Assembly: GCA_002269645.1 (NCBI GenBank)
Contig: NIVC01000525.1
Coordinates: forward strand, 248,001 to 312,000
Length of the DNA: 64,000 nt
From: Macrostomum lignano
Lineage: Eukaryota
Direction: 5' to 3'
The notes beneath the pieces are model-generated. The model was given only the letters and a program-made list of their open reading frames with translations. It was not told where the DNA came from and made no database searches. Position 1 is the first letter of the stretch; each line of letters begins with the position of its first letter. The translations under genes were made by a program, and so were the position numbers. Of the stretch, positions 37,232 through 49,500 are shown one piece after another.

Positions 37232-38034
37232 TTGGTGCCTGAGACCCATAGATTGGTGTCTAGCACCCATAGATTGTTGTCTAGAACCCATAGATTGGTG
37301 TCTAGAACCCATAGATTGGTGCCTGAGACCCATAGATTGGTGTCTAGAACCCATAGATTGGTGTCTAGAACCCATAGATTGGTGTCTAGAACCCATAGAT
37401 TGGTGCCTGAGACCCATAGATTGGTGCCTGAGACCCATAGATTGGTGCCTGAGACCCATAGATTGGTGTCTAGAACCCATAGATTGGTGCCTGAGACCCA
37501 TAGATTGGTGTCTAGCACCCATAGATTGTTGTCTAGAACCCATAGATTGGTGTCTAGAACCCATAGATTGGTGCCTGTGACCCATAGATTGGTGCCTGAG
37601 ACCCATAGATTGGTGTCTAGAACCCATAGATTGGTGCCTGAGACCCATAGATTGGTGTCTAGAACCCATAGATTGGTGCCTGAGACCCATAGATTGGTGT
37701 CTAGAACCCATAGATTGGTGCCTGAGACCCATAGATTGGTGCCTGAGACCCATAGATTGGTGCCTGAGACCCATAGATTGGTGCCTGAGACCCATAGATT
37801 GGTGCCTGAGACCCATAGATTGGTGTCTAGAACCCATAGATTGGTGCCTGAGACCCATAGATTGGTGTCTAGAACCCATAGATTGGTGCCTGAGACCCAT
37901 AGATTGGTGCCTGAGACCCATAGATTGGTGCCTGAGACCCATAGATTGGTGTCTAGAACCCATAGATTGGTGCCTGAGACCCATAGATTGGTGCCTGAGA
38001 CCCATAGATTGGTGCCTGAGACCCATAGATTGGT
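37232..38034. repeat. 21-bp minisatellite (CCCATAGATTGGTG-CCTGAGA/TCTAGAA) with two interleaved variants
   Basis: Direct. Confidence 0.95.
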
Positions 38035-38574
38035 AGATAGAAATTAAAGAGGTAATTTGAGGAGTAAAACATTCGAGATACAATTAAAAAGCATAACTAC
38101 TAACAATATAAATAAAGTGATTTTTGACAAAATCAATGTGGTCAATTACAATTTGGCATGCTATGTATTCGGGAAATAAAAAAGCACAATTCGATAAGGT
38201 TAAGGGCAGCGCGAAGATTATAAAAGCAGCAACTTTCTGCCAATTCATCAAGCCTAACAATAGATTGGCGTGCAGGATTTCGAGAATGAGCATTTTGCTA
38301 TGCATTTTGTTATCAAGTGCAACTAATAACTGGCATTAGGAATTGATATCGGAAATCCAAATTACTTTAAACATGAATTAACAGCTTCAATTAACAAAGT
38401 TATAATAAAACAAATAAGTCTACAATATCGAAGTTAATATCGAGTACCTATTTTTAAGAAATAATTCACAATAGGATGGTGCCGTGGCTTGAAAAATCAC
38501 ACAGGCCTTCAATAAAATCTCGGTGCTAACGGTTCTTGGCTCCGAAAGGACTTAGATTTCATAGAAATAAAACA

Positions 38575-39040
38575 ATCCCCCCGAGACTGACAATGGCAGC
38601 TGCTGTTTTAACAGATTTCTTAGAAACAAACAACACCTCCCCCACAGACTGACAATGGCAGCTGCTGTTATAACAGATTTCTTAGAAACAAACAACCCCC
38701 CCGCAGACTGACAATGGCAGCTGCTGTTATAACAGATTTCTTAGAAACAAACAACCCCCCCGCAGACTGACAATGGCAGCTGCTGTTATAACAGATTTCT
38801 TAGAAACAAACAACCCCCGCAGACTGACAATGGCAGCTGCTGTTATAACAGATTTCTTAGAAACAAACAACCCCCCGCAGACTGACAATGGCAGCTGCTG
38901 TTATAACAGATTTCTTAGAAACAAACAACCCCCCGCAGACTGACAATGGCAGCTGCTGTTATAACAGATTTCTTGGAAACCAACAACCCCTTCCCCACAG
39001 ACTGACAATGGCAGCTGCTGTTATAACAGATTTCTTAGAA
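38575..39040. repeat. ~60-bp tandem repeat (GACTGACAATGGCAGCTGCTGTTATAACAGATTTCTTAGAAACAAACAACCCCC)
   Basis: Direct; ~8 units. Confidence 0.95.
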
Positions 39041-39239
39041 ATGATCGCACTAAAATTTATAAGATTAGTTGTTTAATAAGCTTGTTTACTTGACTAAACT
39101 GATCGAGTATAGTTAGATTTTGTCACAACTAATTAATTGAGCGCTGAATCTAGTAAACTCCACAATAAGCACAGCAACTTTAGAAAAAAAGAAAGTTATT
39201 AAAAGAAGCAACTGTCAGTAAAAAATGGCTCGAACACAG

Positions 39240-39530
39240 TTACTTAGCGGCCAGGGCCTGCAGATCCTTTTTAAGCCGGTCCAAGTCCACCGTCACGGCC
39301 ATGTATTTCTTAGACATCTGGTCCAGATCCTCCTTCAGCAGAGCGATGTCCTGCTGGGCGGTCCGTTTGAACCGTTGCAAATCTTGCAGCTCCCGACGCC
39401 GCTCCTCATCCTGCTGTTTAAGCTGTTCAATCTCGTCGCGGAGGCGCTGCTGCTGCTCTTGATAGTCAACTGACATCGAGACGCTGTCGGCTGGTTGCGG
39501 GACTGCTGGAGGTAAACGCTTGGGCTCCGC
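39240..39530 (-). CDS. CIN85/CD2AP-like SH3 adaptor, exon 3 (C-terminal coiled coil)
   Basis: ccgcag acceptor; heptad-rich LRDEIEQLK...DLDRLKKDLQAL. Confidence 0.82.
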   Translation of the reverse strand, partial: AEPKRLPPAVPQPADSVSMSVDYQEQQQRLRDEIEQLKQQDEERRRELQDLQRFKRTAQQDIALLKEDLDQMSKKYMAVTVDLDRLKKDLQALAAK

Positions 39531-39552
39531 CTGCGGAGAGAGTCGATTCATA

Positions 39553-39852
39553 ATAGTGCTATTACGCAACCATGCCTGTTACTACGTAACCATGTCTGCT
39601 ATTACGCAACCATGCCTGTTACTACGTAACCATGCCTGCTATTACGTAACCACAGCTGCTATTACGAAACAATGCCTGTTATTATGTAACCATGCCTGCT
39701 ATTACGTAACCACAGCTGCTATTACGAAACAATGCCTGTTATTATGTAACCATGCCTGCTATTACGTAACCACAGCTGCTATTACGAAACAATGCCTGTT
39801 ATTATGTAACCATGCCTGCTATTACGTAACCACGTATGCTATTTCGTAACCA
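39553..39852. repeat. ~20/60-bp composite tandem repeat (CTATTACGTAACCATGCCTG)
   Basis: Direct. Confidence 0.9.
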
Positions 39853-39867
39853 TGCCTGCACTAGTTA

Positions 39868-40233
39868 TTTTTTTTTATTAGAGGCAGGGGGGTTGTGTGC
39901 ACCCGGGCGCACTTTAAGCGACATAGGCACACAACCGGCGAGAGGCATTGCTGCCCATTCCGCCGACTCCCCTGAGCAGGCATACAAGCGCGCGGATACG
40001 TACGCAGGCACACACTCACACAGGAGTGTACAGCGGCCCTAACTTTATATTATCGTTAGGCATGTACACTTCACTGCGCCTTGGGGGGTTGGCTCTCAAG
40101 GCCGTTAATTGATCGAGCAGAGCCAAGCCGAGATTCCAATTCAGCCCCAAATTAATGTGACTGCACTTGGAATCGAGCCTGGGTCGCTGGCACACCAGAG
40201 CAGCTGCGCTACCGCTGGGCTACGGCCCCCCTT
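39868..40233 (-). mobile_element. tRNA-derived SINE, family B, intact copy
   Basis: 15-bp TSD TGCCTGCACTAGTTA (39853-39867 and 40234-40248); head GGGGCCGTAGCCCAGCGGTAGCG..GGCTCGATTCC; A-rich tail. Confidence 0.92.
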
Positions 40234-40431
40234 TGCCTGCACTAGTTAACGCAAAGGTTAAAAATAAAAAAATTAATTTTCAATTGTTACATACCACATC
40301 AGGTCCATTACGAGCCGGGTCAGCCACGGGGCGCTGGAAATTGCATTGGAATGGCAGCTGATGTATTTTTTTGGGTGAGGGCACCGGGTTAGGTTATGCA
40401 ACACCTACGTAGATAGCTAAGACTAATATAC

Positions 40432-40926
40432 TTGTGGGATTGGGGAATGTGCAGCAGTTCCCTGTGGTATTGGGGAATGTGCAGCAGTTCCCTGTGGTAT
40501 TGGGGAATGTGCAGCAGTTCCCTGTGGTATTGGGGAATGTGCAGCAGTTCCCTGTGGTATTGGGGAATGTGCAGCAGTTCCCTGTGGTATTGGGGAATGT
40601 GCAGCAGTTCCCTGTGGTATTGGGGAATGTGCAGCAGTTCCCTGTGGTATTGGGGAATGTGCAGCAGTTCCCTGTGGTATTGGGGAATGTGCAGCAGTTC
40701 CCTGTGGTATTGGGGAATGTGCAGCAGTTCCCTGTGGTAATGGGGAATGTGCAGCAGTTCCCTGTGGTATTGGGGAATGTGCAGCAGTTCCCTGTGGGAT
40801 TGGGGAATGTGCAGCAGTTCTCTGTGGGATTGGGGAATGTGCAGCAGTTCCCTGTGGTATTGGGGAATGTGCAGCAGTTCCCTGTGGTAATGGGGAATGT
40901 GCAGCAGTTCCCTGTGGGATTGGGGA
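40432..40926. repeat. 30-bp minisatellite (TGGGGAATGTGCAGCAGTTCCCTGTGGTAT), intronic
   Basis: Direct. Confidence 0.95.
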
Positions 40927-40960
40927 AGGATCTCTATAACGCAGATGGATGCAGACTCAC

Positions 40961-41577
40961 CAGGCCAGGCTTAATCCCGACCTTGGGCGGCGTAGGCGGC
41001 GGCGGCGAGGGCTTGACGGCAGGCTGAGGCGGCAGCGGCCTCTCAACGAGGTTGGCAGGCGCAGGGCGGACGGCCGCAGCAGGCGGAGGCACCGGCGGCT
41101 TGTACGGAACAACGAAATTGTCCGGGAAGACGCCGATCCGGCCGTCGATTTCGCCGCGCCACCAGCCTTCGTCCTCGACTTGGCGACTCAAGACTCGGAC
41201 AATCTGGCCGGGCTCCAAGCTTAACTCGTCCCGACTGGTGGCCTCGTATTTGAACTGGACTTGAACGAGGTCCTCAGGCTGCTGAGGCTGCTGAGGCGGC
41301 GGCGCAGCAGGTTTGCCAACTCCGGCGCGCTGGTCCTCGGCTCGCTTCAGAGTGATGGGCTCGCCAGCGAAGATATTGCCCAGCCCGACGCCGCCAACAA
41401 TGTGATTGGCGCGCTGTTTTGGGCCGACACCGCCGCTAGGATTGGCCGCATGGGCGGCGGCGGCTTTGCCGCTGAAGTCCAGACAGGAGTTGGGCACGAC
41501 AACCCGGCCGCCATATTGTTTCCCGGCGTACACAGTCGACTGCTGATCGCCGCGCTTGGCAACAAACACAGACGCGC
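40961..41577 (-). CDS. CIN85/CD2AP-like SH3 adaptor, exon 2 (linker, SH3, proline-rich region)
   Basis: cacag acceptor and CTG|GTGAGT donor; VQFKYEATSRDELSL..EDEGWWRGEIDGRIGVFPDNFV; PxxPxR-like motifs. Confidence 0.9.
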
Positions 41578-41641
41578 CTGTGAGATTGAATAGTTTTTTA
41601 ACCGGATATGTATCGAAAGTTCAAATTAATTACGATACACA

Positions 41642-41706
41642 GCGGGTAAACAGCGGGAGTAACTATAACAAATGCCGAAAACGAAACGCCTCGCCATCTA
41701 ATCAGT
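41642..41706 (+). other. Isolated 28S rDNA fragment (helix 69-71 / R2 target region), copy 1, with the core replaced
   Basis: GCGGGTAAACaGCGGGAGTAACTATaAC-[14 nt]-AAAcGCCTCGcCATCTAATcAGT vs the conserved eukaryotic 28S sequence recalled from memory. Confidence 0.85.
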
Positions 41707-41759
41707 TATTAGCGAAGCAGATTTTCTAAATAAAAGCAACTGAAAAATGAGTGCCTTAC

Positions 41760-41988
41760 CCGCCGGAATCCGCTGGTGAGGCACTTTCAGCGCTGCCTTG
41801 CTGCACTCGACAACAAAGTTGTCAGGGAACAGGCCAGACTTGCCCGACGACTCCTTTCGACCAGTCATCCAGCCGTCATCGTTGGCCGGCTGCGCGTCAA
41901 GAATGATGTCGCCCGGCTCGATTGTCAGCTCGTCTGACTCGGTTGCATCATAGGCGAATTCGGCCACAAAACAGGAGCTCTCAGACAT
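41760..41988 (-). CDS. CIN85/CD2AP-like SH3 adaptor, first coding exon (SH3); total 378 aa
   Basis: FVAEFAYDATESDELTIEPGDII..DDGWMTG..GKSGLFPDNFV; G|GTAAGG phase-1 donor. Confidence 0.9.
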
Positions 41989-42048
41989 GGCTAAGCATGA
42001 ATTACGGCAAATATTGTTTAATTATCATTTATCATTAATCATAAAGTT

Positions 42049-42115
42049 GTGGGTAAACGGCAGGAGTAACTATGACAGTATTAAGATAAGTAAATGCTTT
42101 GTCATCTAATTAGTG
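42049..42115 (+). other. Isolated 28S rDNA fragment, copy 2, with the core heavily substituted
   Basis: 67 bp colinear with 28S GCGGGTAAAC...CTAATTAGTG; 11 mismatches, 7 of them in the central 15 bp. Confidence 0.88.
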
Positions 42116-44665
42116 CACAGATACATACATTTTTACTGTTTTTTTCAATTTTACTATTTTCAATAGCCACACTAAATACTGTCTGTAAAATTCTTATTTA
42201 CTCTACTAGGGTTATTAAAAAATTGTAATAACATGCTAAAAACTTCTAAAACCAAATTAGAAGAAAGATATATCAACAACTAAGTTATGAAAAAATACTA
42301 AATCTTGCAATTGATTTAATGTAAATGTGCAGTTTCAGGAGTAATAGATCACTGAAATACCTTAAAAATTAAACAAGGTCTAAGTTTTTTAAATAGTTCT
42401 TGTGATATTGTAAGATTCGTATCATACTAGTAATTCAAGTCATTATGCTTGAAATACAAAGTCATTATGTATTTTTAATTGTTGAATTATACTAAACAAG
42501 TTATAAACAAGTTATACCTTGTTTATTATATAAGTATCTATAGGTTGATGTAGGTTAACTATATAAACTTTAAATTCTAATATATATTTTTATTTTTTAT
42601 ATTGAGTTAAAATACATTGAGTTGTTTAAATCAATTGGTAATTTTTCTAAATATACTTTAAATTAAATAACAAAAAAATATAAGATAGGCTTATGTCCAA
42701 CAGTAATACAATATTACTATAGCATTTATCATACCAGTTAAGCCAAGCCAACAAGCAGGCAATTGAATCCAGAATAAAAAAATTCATGCATTCAGAGCCT
42801 CTCTGCTTGCTGTTGATGTTAAAAACTATGTCAAAGCAGCAAGCATTTTGAATCCTAACAATGTGCGTTTAAAAGTAAGCAGAAGTCTTTGTTTTATTTA
42901 ATTGAACTATGGCATAAAACTGCATATGTGGAACAACTTTAAAACAACAAATAACCAAAACCAAACAGGTCTTAGCTTTAACATTTAGCTATTGTGCCAT
43001 GTTTCTACTAATATTGCCTCTTTATAATGCTGATTATAGGTTTATACTTTTAATCACTGATTTTAATATAATTCACAGGTGGTGCTTTGTTCATTAGTCT
43101 AAAAATTGTTCTGGCATGTCTACATTTAGTCAACAACCTTTTTTAAATGTTATTTACGCATGATTTTAAAGTTAGAATAAAATAAACATTCTAGACTAGT
43201 ATTTTTAGCTTTTGATAAAATAGGTCATTATCAAAAAGGAACTATACATTTTTTAAATGAAATGTCCTTAAAAAACATGTATAACTGAATACTAAAGGGA
43301 ACTGAAGGACTACCCAAGATAGACATTGGGTCTGTGTCTTATCAACAAAAGTCAAAAGCAATAATAATTTTTGTAATAAAAATGAAAGTCTTATTTTGTA
43401 ATATATTTTTTGAAAAAATTGTTACAATATTTTTCTAAGAAACAAGGCTTTTTATCCTACTTGAGTAGTCCTTGGAAAGAACCATGTTGGATGCACATCA
43501 AAATAGCCACATATAACATTTTTAGCTATCATGCTATATTTGTACAATGCAACATTATAGCAATATCATTTTGCCAATTATAAAGTAGATAGTAAAATAG
43601 CAATAAATATGAGCAAATTAAAATAGATAGGCCTAGCTAGTAGAATGGTATTAATAAAGTAACAAATGCCACTGAAATCCATGGCTCAATACATGCAAAC
43701 AATAAAAACAAGCAAAAGCAAAAACAAAAAATGTGCCAAAAATGTAGACTATAAAAATTTTATATACCATTATAATTCTATCTTTTGTATCAAATTATGC
43801 ACAGTAAAAATTTACTTTTACATTTGTTTTATCAGGCTGTTTTGCAATGTGGCCCTTTTGTCTTTTGGCAAGGAAGCACAAGAAATGCCCACAAACTAAC
43901 TGCCCACCAAGACTTGCCTATAGGAGATTTGCCCATTGAACTTTGACTATTGAGCTTTTCCCATTGAGATTTGCCCACAATGCATTTTGCCTATAAGTGA
44001 ATTGAATTGCCTGTGGCGATTTGCCTACTGAGATTTGCAATTTTCTTGCTAGTGAATTGCCTGCAAGCAAAAATTGCATGCCAAGTTTTTTTCCTGCCAA
44101 GTTTTGCCTACAATGCCTACTTCTTTTTAGCTTGCAGTCTATCCCTTTTGCAATTGTCTGAATGTCTGTTAGAAGCCCATACATACCAACTGTCATGACC
44201 GACTGTACTGTACACATAGCATAGGAAAATCTGTGAATTTGTTTCCTTGTTAAATCGGAACCAAAAAGTTGACTAAGTCTACAAAGTTCAGATAAAATTT
44301 TGAAAGCAAAAGACTTACTATTAATAAGTATCAGAGAATACTAACAATCAAGATCTCTGTAGGACTCACACGGTTAAAAAAAAGAAAGTTTTGTTTTACT
44401 TTCTAAATGCTAACAACAAGAATCTTTAAATCGCTGAATATTCTTAATATTTAATACATTTAACATAACATCAAGAGCAATTTCTTAGCCAACATGCATA
44501 TACCATCCTAGAAAAATTTCTGAGCAAATGGTGCAAGTTTGAAGAAAATCGGTTGAGCCATTATTACTGAAATCTATTGCAAAGCTATGCTATATAGTTA
44601 CAGACAACTCATTTTTAGTAGGCCTATATAGATTTTTAGTATATTGGATTTTCTTTGGCTACAAC

Positions 44666-46549
44666 CAGTGTTGGGCACCATATGAAAATAACTTTAGCCA
44701 ATCAGTTTTTACTAACATCAAAACCAATGTTAAAAGTACATAAACATGTGTTTGATTTTGCATGATGACTCATTTACCCCTCAGGCCTCACCCCTTGGTC
44801 AGCTACCCTATAATTTTGTTCTCCAGTATACAGCCACCCTATTCCCACTATATACATTTTAACATTGTTTTTAAGTTAACTGAAAATTAATTGATAATTA
44901 TAATAAGTATTAATCCATTAAAGTTAGCCATAGCAAATACCAAAATCTTGCACTTTTTCAAAACAGACTTCATAATGTACTGTCTTAGCTTTTCTATCTT
45001 TTTAGCAAAACACAGAGGTTATCTAAATGATTTATAAGTTAAAAAGTAGTAAATAATAATTGTAAAAACTGTTATATAGGCCTATAAAACTACTTAAAGT
45101 AAGCATATAGTATGCAGGGCCCCTGCCGTTTTTCTATAAAAATAGTTACCAATTAGTTGAACTTGAATTTATGGCAAAACTAAGACGCAATTTCTTTTGT
45201 TTTAATACTCATATTTTTCATATTATTTTGCGTGAATATATTTTTGTTTTAATCTACGAGTAAAAGTAGTATAAATAGAAGCAAATTTGGCAGAAGGAGA
45301 ACCAACCTTGCACATTGCGGTTCACTAACAAAATAGTTGATAACGAATAGTAAGAGTTCCGAGAAAATAAGAATTGAAAAAGTGTTTTCTGTGTTAATTC
45401 CTTTTAAGAAGTAAGAGCGAAATAGATTGAAATGTATACAGTACATACTATTGAGAAGCAGCAGTATTGAGTAGTAAAAGAATACGAAGTAGATCTGAAG
45501 TGATACATGTAAGAATAACTGGAGGCTGTGACCCTCTGATCTCGGTAACACCTATAGGACTTGCAAAGTACATAAAATACATATACTAGTATAGCCAATG
45601 TACCACTTAGGCCAAAAGTATAGTAAATGCTACTGGAATCCGAATATACACTACCAGAATAACAGAGGAATAAAATCTTTAAAGGCTAATAGTTTCCAAG
45701 AATAATACTCAGACTAAATACTTAGACTAAATACTAAGATATATACTCAGATCAATTCTAAGAAACATTTATCGGATTATTATAAGATTGATAAACTCAT
45801 AATTTATTAATAGGATAATCCTGGTGCCAGCTACCAACATTTATAAAATAGGAGTTTAGCCCTTTGACAACTTTAGTGATAGCTGTGGAATCATTTGAAG
45901 AGACAGAAGAATCAGCCCTTTGACAATTTCAGTAAGAGGAAACACCCCTGTGACAACGGTGGCAAGATAAAGACTAGGCAGAGGCTCAGAATTAGGACTT
46001 TATAAGACAGAGCCAAGAGGCCTAGTACAATAGAACGTGTAAAAGAATTACCTGTAACTTTTTTACTTAAAACTCAAAAGCTAATTAGTAAATGATAAAA
46101 TAGAAATAAAAAGATTTTTTCAATAGCATTAGCAGGTGCAGTAGAAAATTATGAAAGATTGGCAAAGAAGTGAATCAAAGCAATTGATACTCACGTGCAA
46201 GCAATAAAGTTCACAATTTCAATTTAATATTAAAGTTCATTAGTAAGAAGTTGATATATTTCTATGATCATTGTCATAAACAATGAGATTAATTAGGCAT
46301 TTATATAAATTTAAATTTATTTGTAATGTTGTAATATCTTATCAGACTTATATATTTCTTCTTTCTTTGTGTCTTTTGTCATTAACAATGAATTTGTCAT
46401 TAACTCACAAAATTATTAATGCAAATTTGCTAATCTATTAGTTCAAAAAAATCTTAATGATAGTCCATTAATGTTAATAAAAAATCTTAATGTTCATTAA
46501 TGCTTATTAACAGATTAATGCTTATTAAATGGACTGGTGCCCAACACTG
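44666..46549. mobile_element. Old hAT-like non-autonomous element, 15-bp TIR CAGTGTTGGGCACCA
   Basis: Perfect inverted 15-mer at both ends; degenerate 8-bp TSD GCTACAAC/GCCACAGT differing only by transitions; TAATG/TAACA subterminal arrays. Confidence 0.6.
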
Positions 46550-49500
46550 GCCACAGTTGCTTTTAAGCATTACTTTATTACTATGACTAGGCTATGCTAC
46601 TAGTACAAAATCACTTGTTATATTATAGTACATTGTAGGCCTATCATACATTCTTTATACAATCATTTAAATATAAGCCTAAATATATATAGATAAAACA
46701 TTTTGTGATAGGCATCTTTCTTCTCTGTATTATAAATTCCACTGATGCCACTAGCTGTGACAGGGTACTTTCCTCTGTCTTTTTAAATATCCTATAAGCT
46801 ATAAGCCTACTAAATCCTATTATCCTATTAATCTATAGTTTTAGTAATATTCTAGTAGCATTCTTAGTAGCATTCTGTTAATGTTCTTAATAGCATTCTG
46901 GTAGCATTTGTATACTATGTGGCCTAAGTGGTCTTATTGGTATATATACTGTTTTCCAGTCTGGGCATTATCAAGATTAGAGGGTCTCTTAACCTTCTAG
47001 CAAGTTCTTTGAATGTTTGAAACACTCTTAGTTATCCCACTAGTAAAATGATTAGTGCTTTAAAAATCTAAGAATGATTTAATGAACACTTATTATTAGA
47101 CTAGCTATAAACAATCTAATCACATGAGCAAGTTGGTTCTCTCTCTAAACTTTGCTCCTATTTATACTAATTGAAACAAGTATATATTTTTTATTATTTG
47201 ATTTTATTATTATTTGACAATTTGAAAATATTTAGAAAAGTAAAACATAATAAATTTTTCACATGTAAGTTTGAATTTAAGCTTTCTAAGAAACCCTATT
47301 ACAATTTTTGCTGAAGTGCAATTTTCCCGAAATGGCTAGGTCTACTTGTTAGCACTTGTTATTTGCATGGTACCATATAAATATTTATTGTCATTATTTA
47401 TACACTATGCCTAACTAAAATAAATACTATAGTTTTATATATTGTATAGTGCTTATGGCCATGCTCCAGTTACATTTGACCACAAATCCATCCTTTTGAA
47501 ATGGAATGAGTCATATTCTTATTATTTTCCTTTGGAACACTCTGTATTTTATATTATTAATAGTAAAAGCTAATAGAAAAATTCTTAGCTATAAACACAA
47601 ATCATACCTAAACTACTCATTAATAGAAATAAAAGATAAAGGGACAAATATTGAATAATCCCTAATAAGAAAAATAATTAATAATTATGGTAGTAATACC
47701 ATAATAATTATGGTAATACTATAATGATACCAGAGAAGGTTGCATATTTTGCTATTTGAATTGATGGATATCAGTTTGCCAATCAGGTTTTCAGCAGAAA
47801 GGCATTTGGTAAATTGACTTTTGGCAAAAAGGTTTGGCAAATTGTCTAGTATTCTATTATCTTATAGCCTATATATATACTACACTTATAACTATATCTA
47901 GTAAAAGTAGAACTATCATATAAAATATTAAGATGATCTATAATATTATTAAATTCTATTTTTAGAGCCAAGAGTTTTCATGACATGATTATGAATATAC
48001 TTTGTTGAATTGATAGCCAATTAGCGATTTACCAAAAATATATATAAGTAGACTTAGGCCTAAGGAGAATTTAAGCAAATAAGTAAGAATAATATAAACA
48101 ATACATAAAAGTAATTCCCAAAAAGTATAGATAGTGAAACCCCTTTAAATGGTACAAAAATAATAGGTAGGTCAAACTGAATTTAGCCTAAATTCCTTTA
48201 CAATTAACTAATTTAATTATCTACCCTATTAATTTATTACAAACTTAGTCAATTGACAATAAGACATAGGCCATTCAAACTAGCTAACTAACAAACCTTA
48301 TCACATAATAAATCTTGTTGGTAGACCTATCTATACTAATAGATAATCTAAAGTGCATAGATGATAGCTCTTTTCCATGTAGCAATACTTTGCACACAAA
48401 TAATATAATGTTGCTCAATAGTATCAATCACTTTATCTTAGTCATGACGCTATGGTGAAGTTCTGTTCAATGTAGTAAGCATATAGCTATCTTAATTAAA
48501 TAGCTTTTGACTTTATTTGGTTAATCTGACATTCAAAATGTTCCTGCTAGTTTTTCTAATATTGCTATGAAGTTGGCATTAATTGCCATTTGCAGATTTC
48601 AAATTGGCTACCATTTGGGCTAGGTAGATGACTATAGCAATGCTAAAGGGCTACTATAGGCTATAGCTACAATTCCCTTGGCATTGCTATTGATTTTGTA
48701 GAAGCTGTTCCCTTGCCAATTTTGGTTGAAGCAGCATTGTTTAGGATCATTGCCTAACCTAACCTATATTTTGAACACTTTCAGCATGCCAAGATTTGTT
48801 TGGACTCCATTGTTACCATTGGCAATAGGAACCTTTATAGGGCTAGCCACTGAAGCAATGCCAACATATTGAATTGCAGCATAGCCTGATAGATTTAATG
48901 ATACAAATGCAACTTTGCCAAACTTTAGGTTCCAATTTCTATTAGAAAGAGTGTACAAAAATGATAGGCAAAAGCTTAGGATACTACCATCTTTTTATTT
49001 GGGTAAATAGTGTGTTCCATCACATTTCCATTGATATCCATCATTGTGCCAGCTTGCTGAGGCATTAGTATAGTGGGCAGAGCATTTCAAATTTGATAAT
49101 TAGTCATGCATCACATCACTAAGTAGCCTATTATATAGAAGCAAAATTAAAAAACATGTCAAAATAGTAATCGACTACAATCTATACTTTGATTATATTA
49201 GTTATTTATATAGATATGGAATAAAACATTGTTAAATATAACAAAAAACCTAACTTCTTTTACCATTTCCTAACTTGTTATAACAAATATTCTTTTACTA
49301 ATAGAGCAATTTGGAGCTACTGACAATAGCCATGACAAGTCCAAGTTTTCCAAGAGTTCAACTCTTGCAAGAATAAGGAGCTTAATATCAAAGCCATATG
49401 TCTAAACCCTAGTAATGAAAATATGCAAATATTTTAGTTTTAGTTTGAAAAATTGAGAATTAGTTGTTATAAAAATTGATTAAGTCTTTTTATATTGATA

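Noticed and set aside
41642-42115. Functional rRNA gene
   Set aside because: Only 65-67-bp fragments with an altered core and no surrounding rDNA.
43900-47860. TTTGCC/GGCAAA degenerate arrays at ~43900-44130 and ~47760-47850 as TIRs of one element
   Set aside because: Too decayed to align or to define ends and a TSD.
48500-49100. Decayed coding sequence in the AT-rich domain (ORF 48764-48958)
   Set aside because: Fragmented by stops and no identifiable family.
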